Assembly: GCA_964016885.1 (NCBI GenBank)
Contig: OZ024743.1
Coordinates: 199,082,001 to 199,146,000, forward strand
Direction of reading: 5' to 3'
Source of the DNA: Eledone cirrhosa
Taxonomy: Eukaryota
DNA length: 64,000 nt
Of this stretch, positions 57,080 through 64,000 are shown one piece after another; position 1 is the first letter of the stretch, and each line of letters begins with the position of its first letter. Position numbers and translations under genes: made by a program. The notes under the pieces were generated by a model. It had not been told where the DNA came from and did not search any database. It saw nothing but the letters and a program-made list of their open reading frames with translations.

Positions 57080-57660
57080 GGTGATGGTGGTGATGATGGT
57101 AATGATGATGGTGGTGATGATGGTGATATTGAAGATGATGATGAAGATGATGTTGATGATGATGGTGGTGGTGGTGGTGGTGATATTGTTGGTGGTGGTA
57201 AATGTTGATGATATTGATCAAGATGATGGTGGTCATTGTGAAGATGGTGATGATGATGGTGATGGTGATAATTATGTTGATGATGATGATGGTGATAATT
57301 ATGTTGATGATGATGATGATGTCAGCGTTGGTGAATGATGATGATGATGATGATGAAGATCATTAACTTTAGAATCCCTACAATTACTATTATCATCATC
57401 ATAATTGTCATCACCCACTATCTTCCTCCTCCTCCTCTTCCTTCTCCACATCATCATTAACATTTTCGTTGTTGACATCACTCACTACCATCATCATCAT
57501 CATCATCATCATTATCACCATCATTATCATTGTCATCACCAAACACTATCATCATCATCTTCTTCCACCTCCTCCACATTATCATCATCATTATCATCAT
57601 CACCACCATCACCATCATTATCATCATTGCAATCACCTACCACATTATTGTCCTTATTAT
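56866..57660. repeat. (GAT/GGT)n tract followed by opposite-polarity (CAT/CAC)n tract
   Basis: Direct reading; source of the poly-M/poly-H pseudo-ORFs. Confidence 0.9.
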
Positions 57661-58164
57661 CCTCAGTAGCAGCAACAGAAGCATCAATAGTAGTATTGCT
57701 ATTATATTTTCACTAAACATATATCACCAGTTTGTTTTATATACCTCCAAACCATGTCTCAGATACCTTGTTGTATTCCTACCACACTTTCATATGAAAC
57801 TGCCCCTTTACACAATGGACCTCTATTGGATTAAGATCAACAAATTCCTCTCCAGTACCAAAAGCTAAGTTGTTTTCACACATCAGCTTTTTTGCTCATG
57901 CATTTGATTGAAGATAAAACTGTTTTATAGTCAAAGAATAACATTTCCAGAACTTTCTTCACTCATTCTAGATTTTGCTTTAGTAAACATTCCACACCCT
58001 AGCAATTATTAGATTGTTTAACACATTTGATACCAAACCACCTGAAGCTGCCCATAGTTCTAAGATAGAAAGTTGTTTAATTTTCAAACACAGCTGTCTA
58101 CTAGTTAAAATACTACAAACATTTTAATTAGCAAAACAGATTTTAGATATTTTATGATATATCA

Positions 58165-58652
58165 TCATTTTCATCATCATTTCATTTTACGTCCGCTTTT
58201 CCCTGCTTGCAAGGGTGGGACGGGAACTGATTCTGGCTTGATTTCTACAGCTGGATGCCCTTCCTAACACCAACCTCATTTACAGTGAGTGCTGGGTGCT
58301 TTTTTGCCGTGGCACCTCCACAACCACTTTACAGTGAGTGCTGGGTGCTTTTTTGCTGTGGCACCTCCACGACCACTTTACAGTGAGTGCTGGGTGCCTT
58401 TTTGCCGTGACACCTTCACGACTACTTTACAGTGAGTGCTGGTTTTTTTTTTGCCATGGCACCTCTACGACCACTTTGCAGTGGAATGATATGGACCCCA
58501 GTTCCTGTCATCTCATTTCCACAGCTGAGTAAACTGGAGCAATGTGAAATAAAGTGTCTTGCTCAAGGAAACAACACATCACCCGGTCTGAGAATTGAAC
58601 TCACAACCTTTCGATTGCAAGGCTAATGCTCTAACCACTAAACCATGTGCCT
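58165..58652 (-). mobile_element. CORE/Meta-type SINE with RTE tail and four internal ~50-bp units
   Basis: TTTACAGTGAGTGCTGG recurs at ~58279, 58328, 58377 and 58426. Confidence 0.85.
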
Positions 58653-58899
58653 CCATATAATATTAAATGATAATACAGTAAATTTTCACAAGTTCTCCAC
58701 TAGTAAAGATCTTATAGACATTTAAATCAATAAACCTGTTTTAAATTTTTTTTTCCTTTTTTACAAAATCATTACAGCGATCTGTTCACATGTAAATGTA
58801 CTATAAACATGAGAATTAGTAAATCTAAAGACAATGGAATGGAGAGAAATGATGTTTCCTATCTGTTCCCTTGTCTTTAGATTGGAAATATAACCTTAC

Positions 58900-58995
58900 A
58901 ACATAAGATGCTTTCTGATGATATTGTGTGGCTGGTTGTATGATTGAACGATCATATGGCCATGCCACTTATTGAAATATGTATCCTAGCTTTGT
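58900..58995 (+). ncRNA. Decayed hammerhead-like motif
   Basis: CTGATGA (58915), long stem II (GTGGC TGGTTGTATGATT gaac GATCATATGGCCA t GCCAC), GAAA tatgta TC; stem I mismatched next to the core. Confidence 0.5.
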
Positions 58996-59206
58996 TAATA
59001 AAGGACTTTTTAACATCTACACCGAACTTCACATTTTCCTTATTCTCATATACTCCGTCACTGACTGACAAATCATATTTGGATGAAAATACATGACTTT
59101 GAGTGCTTAAATTGAATTGCATCATTATTCAATGATCAGTGCATTGCATACCCAACCCCAATTAGTCAACATGTTTACCATAATTATATATATATATATA
59201 TATGAA

Positions 59207-59543
59207 GGCACATGGCTTAGTGGTTAGAGCATTGGGCTTGCAATCGAAAGGTTGTGAGTTCAATTCTCAGACCGGGTGATGTGTTGTTTCCTTGAGCAAG
59301 ACACTTTATTTCACATTGCTTCAGTTTACTCAGCTGTAGAAATGAGATGATAGGGACTGGGGTCCCTATCATTCCACTGCAAAGTGGTCGTGGAGGTGCC
59401 ATGGCAAAAAAGCACCCAGCACTCACTGTAAATGAGGTTGGTGTTAGGAAGGGCATCCAGCTGTAGAAATCAAGCCAGAATCAGTTCCCGTCCCACCCTT
59501 GCAAACAGGGAAAAGCAGACGTAAAATGAAATGATGAATGATG
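59207..59543 (+). mobile_element. CORE/Meta-type SINE with RTE-derived tail
   Basis: Full head, core, one internal unit and tail; lies between (TA)n tracts. Confidence 0.85.
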
Positions 59544-59559
59544 AATATATATATATATA

Positions 59560-59598
59560 CATGGCTCTTAGGACTGTTATTAACCACTGTTCCATGCA

Positions 59599-59644
<46 letters not shown>

Positions 59645-60270
59645 TGCATGGAACAGTGGTTAATAACAGTCCTAAGAGCCATGGAAAGGTCAAAACTGGG
59701 AATCTCATTGTGAATTCACATCCAAAACAACCAAATCAGGGAAATAATGAGTGATGCAGAGCATTGAAGAAGCCACCTGTTACCTTCAGAGATGTTCTGT
59801 CATAGGCTTCACTACTATAAGAATTAACAACAACAACAACAACAAAAAAACCAATATCTTTGAGAGACCATGTAGTGTATGAGTTGAACTGCATAAGCAG
59901 AGCCAACTGCATCAGTTTCATGAAATGCCAACTACATAACAGAATTCAAGAACATTTTCAAAAAGTATTTGCTCTGAGTGCAGTATTTCAACACAGAGAA
60001 ATACGTGGAAGGAGCAAAACCACAAAAATACTTGCAGAGCAAAGAGACATGGTAGACCTACGAATAGCGGAGGCACATTTTGTTAGGAAGCGAAAGCCTC
60101 CCTTACACGATCAGAGAGACATGGACCCATGGAAACACCTATATACATACTCTTATGGGTCATGGATTTCCTAAGCCAGGATTGACACAGTCTAATGAAG
60201 GATTTTTAATCTGAAAGCACACACTAGTAAATGACCCATACTGACCCAGCAAAATGTGACTGTTCACCGT
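59560..60270 (+). mobile_element. 5'-truncated, decayed Penelope-like element remnant
   Basis: GIY-YIG-like ORF remnant followed by a decayed hammerhead-like motif (60187-60263); 41-bp inverted duplication at the 5' end. Confidence 0.65.
59860..60174 (+). pseudogene. GIY-YIG endonuclease remnant (Penelope-type C-terminal domain)
   Basis: VVYELNC...CIS(F)MKCQLHNRIQEH...SAVFQH...KILA...DLRIAEAHFVRKRKPPLH fits the pattern VVY.I.C..YIG.T.R.L..R..EH..S....H..E...I...KP.LN, with YIG decayed. Confidence 0.7.
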
Positions 60271-60481
60271 AACTATGCTAACACTAATCCTGATCCTAAT
60301 TCTAATTCTTACTCTAAACTTAATTTTAATTCTAACTTTAACTTTCATACACTCCTCTTTTTACATTTCTACATCACCTAAACAAACAATAAAATAAGTT
60401 TTATCTCATTTATTGTATTTTATATTATTATAACTTTTCCCTCTAGTAAGATTTCTTTTCAAATCTCCTACATGTGTAAAA

Positions 60482-60754
60482 ATATAAGAAAAAAAATTTT
60501 AAAATGCAACTGGAGTCAGTGAAGAATATCTATTTACTTCACCAGTTTCACAGTTCGATGATTATCAAACGTATAATTAAGATGGAGGGTCTGTGTTCTG
60601 TTGTGGTGTGTGAGTCACACCACAGCATAAAAACAAAGCCTCCATCTCAATTTTACTTTTGATAATCACAGAACTGTGAAACAGGTAAAGTAAATAAATA
60701 TTCTTAAAAGACTCCAAGAGTTCTGTTGCATTTTCAAATTCTTTTTCCTTATAT
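60482..60754. repeat. Degenerate ~270-bp foldback palindrome (MITE-like)
   Basis: Arms of ~130 bp pair around TGTGGTGTG-tgagt-CACACCACA, e.g. TTTCACAGTTC/GAACTGTGAAA, ATTATCAAA/TTTGATAAT, AAAATGCAAC/GTTGCATTTT. Confidence 0.75.
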
Positions 60755-60821
60755 ATAAATATATGTGTGGGGGGGGGGACGTGTGCGTGTGTGTGCGTGT
60801 GTGTTTTTATGTGTGCATGTA

Positions 60822-60875
<54 letters not shown>

Positions 60876-61430
60876 AAATAAGTGCTACAATGAAATAAAG
60901 TACTGGTGATAAGTTGATAAGCCCATGAATAAAGCTATATGATTAACACTAATACAACATACACTAACACCACCAGAATTACAACACCATTACACATTCT
61001 CAGTTTTTGACCTCTTTGACTTAATCGTTGGTTATAGTGTTGAATCATATTTCCTGAAATGCCATGAAAGGATGAAGTTCTTCATTTGCTCTAGCCTTGT
61101 ACAATTCTCAACCTCATCACAGACAATCGCATAAAGGTCAAGAAAATAAACATTGATTGCAAAATATTTCTAAGATTTTCTCTTCTAATCTGAATATAAA
61201 TGATCAGAATCATGAATAAATTCATTGTAATGATGTCTTTCCCACAATTCTACAACAGAGTTTAGAGGACAAGTTCAGATAAATGATGCTTAACGTGTCC
61301 CCTGCCAAAGACATACACACAACTGAATAATTCCCTACCTCCTACAGATTGCCAAATTTGTATGTATATCTATGATTGAATGTGTGCACTTATGTAAAAT
61401 GCACACACACACACACACACACATATATAA

Positions 61431-61545
<115 letters not shown>

Positions 61546-62086
61546 GATATATATATATATAGATATGTATATATATATATATATATATATACATATATAT
61601 ATGCATATATATATAGATATATAAATGCATATATATATATACACATATACATATATGTATATATACATATATAAATATATATATACACACACACATATAT
61701 ATATATATATATGAGTCTATGTGTGCATGGTTTTACATATAAATATTTGTGTATGTGCAAGTATTTATTTTAGTGTGTGTTGTTATTGTTGTTGACAAAA
61801 GGTTCTCCACCATCTCTACTCCTCCAGACCACAACAGCTGGTGTTATACACAAAAACTGAAAGATGTATCTCCCTAAGAGGAAAACAACCCAGACAGACT
61901 CTTTGCTTTCCAACTTTATTGTCAGTCAAGCAATTCATTTAAATCTAAGTAATACTATTTATATTGTGTCAGTGCTTACTTCATAGAAAGAAATTGATAT
62001 ACATATATATGAATATATGCACACAAACATATCCAAACATATTCACACACACACACATATATATACATATATATGTGTGTGTGTGT

Positions 62087-62150
<64 letters not shown>

Positions 62151-62246
62151 ATATATATCATCATCATCTCATCATCATCTTTGTTTAATGTCCATTTTCC
62201 ACGCTAGCATATATATATATATAAACATATTATATAAACACATATA

Positions 62247-62283
<37 letters not shown>

Positions 62284-64000
62284 GAGAAAGAAACAGGCAA
62301 AGACAGAGACTGAGAAAGCAAGGAGACAGGAAAGCAAATTATAGTCAGACAGAAAAGGTAGACAAAAAGAGCTATCTGATTGGTTATGAAGCATGCCTCT
62401 GGCTATATAGCAATCATTTGCCTCATTTCGATAGAGTTTTGAAAGTCCTGCCTGAAGACATTTCCAAGGATTTGGCAGGTCATCAGTGGTCCTTATGTGT
62501 CCTTTGACAACATGCTGTCTATAATGTCATCTGAGAAGAATGCTTTCTGCTGATATTCCGCATGAAACGATGATATTGACGAAAGTAATAACTGCCGGCT
62601 TCAGATAACCGCAAAGAGAATTCCGGTTATTTTAAACTGATGCAAACCATTTTGCCTGCTTTAATAGAAGCAACAGGTATTTAGAGGTTAAAGGACCTCA
62701 TAACAAAGCAGAGAAGAGAAAGAAAAGAAATAACGATGGGAAGAAAGAAGAAAAGATAGAAAAGAAGAGAAATAGAAAAATGTAAAACAGACATTATAGA
62801 GCAAAAGAAATATACAGTAAATATACAGATATGTATGAATGTATGTATGTAGGTATGTAGGTCTATATATATATATATATATTTATATGTGTGTGTGTGT
62901 GCGTGTCTGTGAACACACACACACACACATACACATATATATCATATGAATTGGTATATTATCTCCAAGGAAGGAAATAATATATTTTGAATGAACGAAT
63001 TCATTATTTGAATAGATTTTTTTTCTGTGTTCCCTTCAAATATTTCAATGATATAGAGGACAGGAATTTTTATTTTCTTTAATAATAATTTTTCTTTTCT
63101 TATTTTCATTATCAAAGTCTAGATGGAAAAAAAAAGTATGGCCTGATAATTAGGACATTAGTCTCATGAACATACAGTCATGTGTTCAATTCCTGGACCA
63201 GGTTATACTCCATTTATGGACTTGTGCCATTATCATTAAAACACACAGAAAATCCCCAATGCGATATAATATCATAAATGTCCAGCTAAATCTGCATAGG
63301 TGTGGGCTGTACATTTTATTTTTTAACATCTAGATTGTAGTTTTGAAACTAAGGATTTGGTCTTGCATGACTTTACTATTTATTTGTTCATTGTTTAGCA
63401 TTACATTTTAAAGATATTTTGTTCATTGCTGAGAAAGTTTTCTGTTCTAGAGATGGATACCTTTTCGAAATCTAACCATTGACACAAGAAAAAAGTTAGT
63501 TACTTTTAGTTTTCGGAAACACACTGCACATAAAAAAAAATACACCCAGTGACACCTTTGTCAATTGCCTTTCCTACTGTTTATTCACTAAAATTATATC
63601 TATTGTTCATTTAAAATTCTAGCAATACTGGTTAAGAAAATACTTTGTTGAGGAGGCCTAATATGACTGAAACACTTTTAAAGTTCTCACAATGTCTTTA
63701 GCATTACACTATTATTTAGAATTTAGATGATGGTGAGATGTGGTTTCTAGTTTAGCATAGCCATTTTCTGTGTGGTTGAGAAGTTCACTTCAGAATTGTT
63801 TGGTTTGGGGTTTGATCTTACTGAATAGCCATTTAAGCAAGTGTCTTCTACCATAGACTTGAGTTGATGCCATAAAATTTGGAAGATGAGAACTGTGTGG
63901 AATCCTATTGGAAGGATCAACATCGTTCATATTTTTAGGTTGTTACACTTAGTCTATCCCCCAGTTTAACACCACCTCATGACACCTGGTTACATTTATC

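Noticed and set aside
62377-62430. ATTGG (CCAAT) box, TATATA and TCATTT resembling a core promoter ahead of unique sequence
   Set aside because: Short motifs are common in AT-rich DNA, the spacing is imperfect, and no downstream ORF was found in the frames checked.

Overview
AT-rich, microsatellite-dense, apparently gene-free eukaryotic DNA. The SINE, RTE and (TA)n content looks like an octopus/coleoid genome (inference). No host protein-coding exon is supported, and nearly all listed ORFs are microsatellite read-through. Content: one near full-length but disabled RTE LINE (APE + RT with a PHD-type zinc finger, 46592-50256) and several RTE fragments; two tRNA-derived SINE groups (Nin-domain type, and a CORE/Meta-type with swapped tails); TTAA (piggyBac-type) and hAT-type MITEs; and a decayed Penelope-like GIY-YIG remnant. 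The main result is a set of non-coding ~420-450 nt elements carrying type I hammerhead ribozymes (retrozyme-like): a 6-copy tandem array (31039-33621), an unrelated 438-nt monomer with a canonical hammerhead (52051-52489), a minus-strand hammerhead (45812-45882) and two decayed motifs. The array and the monomer sit between (TA)n tracts and start with an inverted copy of their own tail-to-head junction. The Penelope remnant starts with a similar 41-nt inverted head. All of this was read by eye; folding, alignment and cleavage assays are needed to confirm it.
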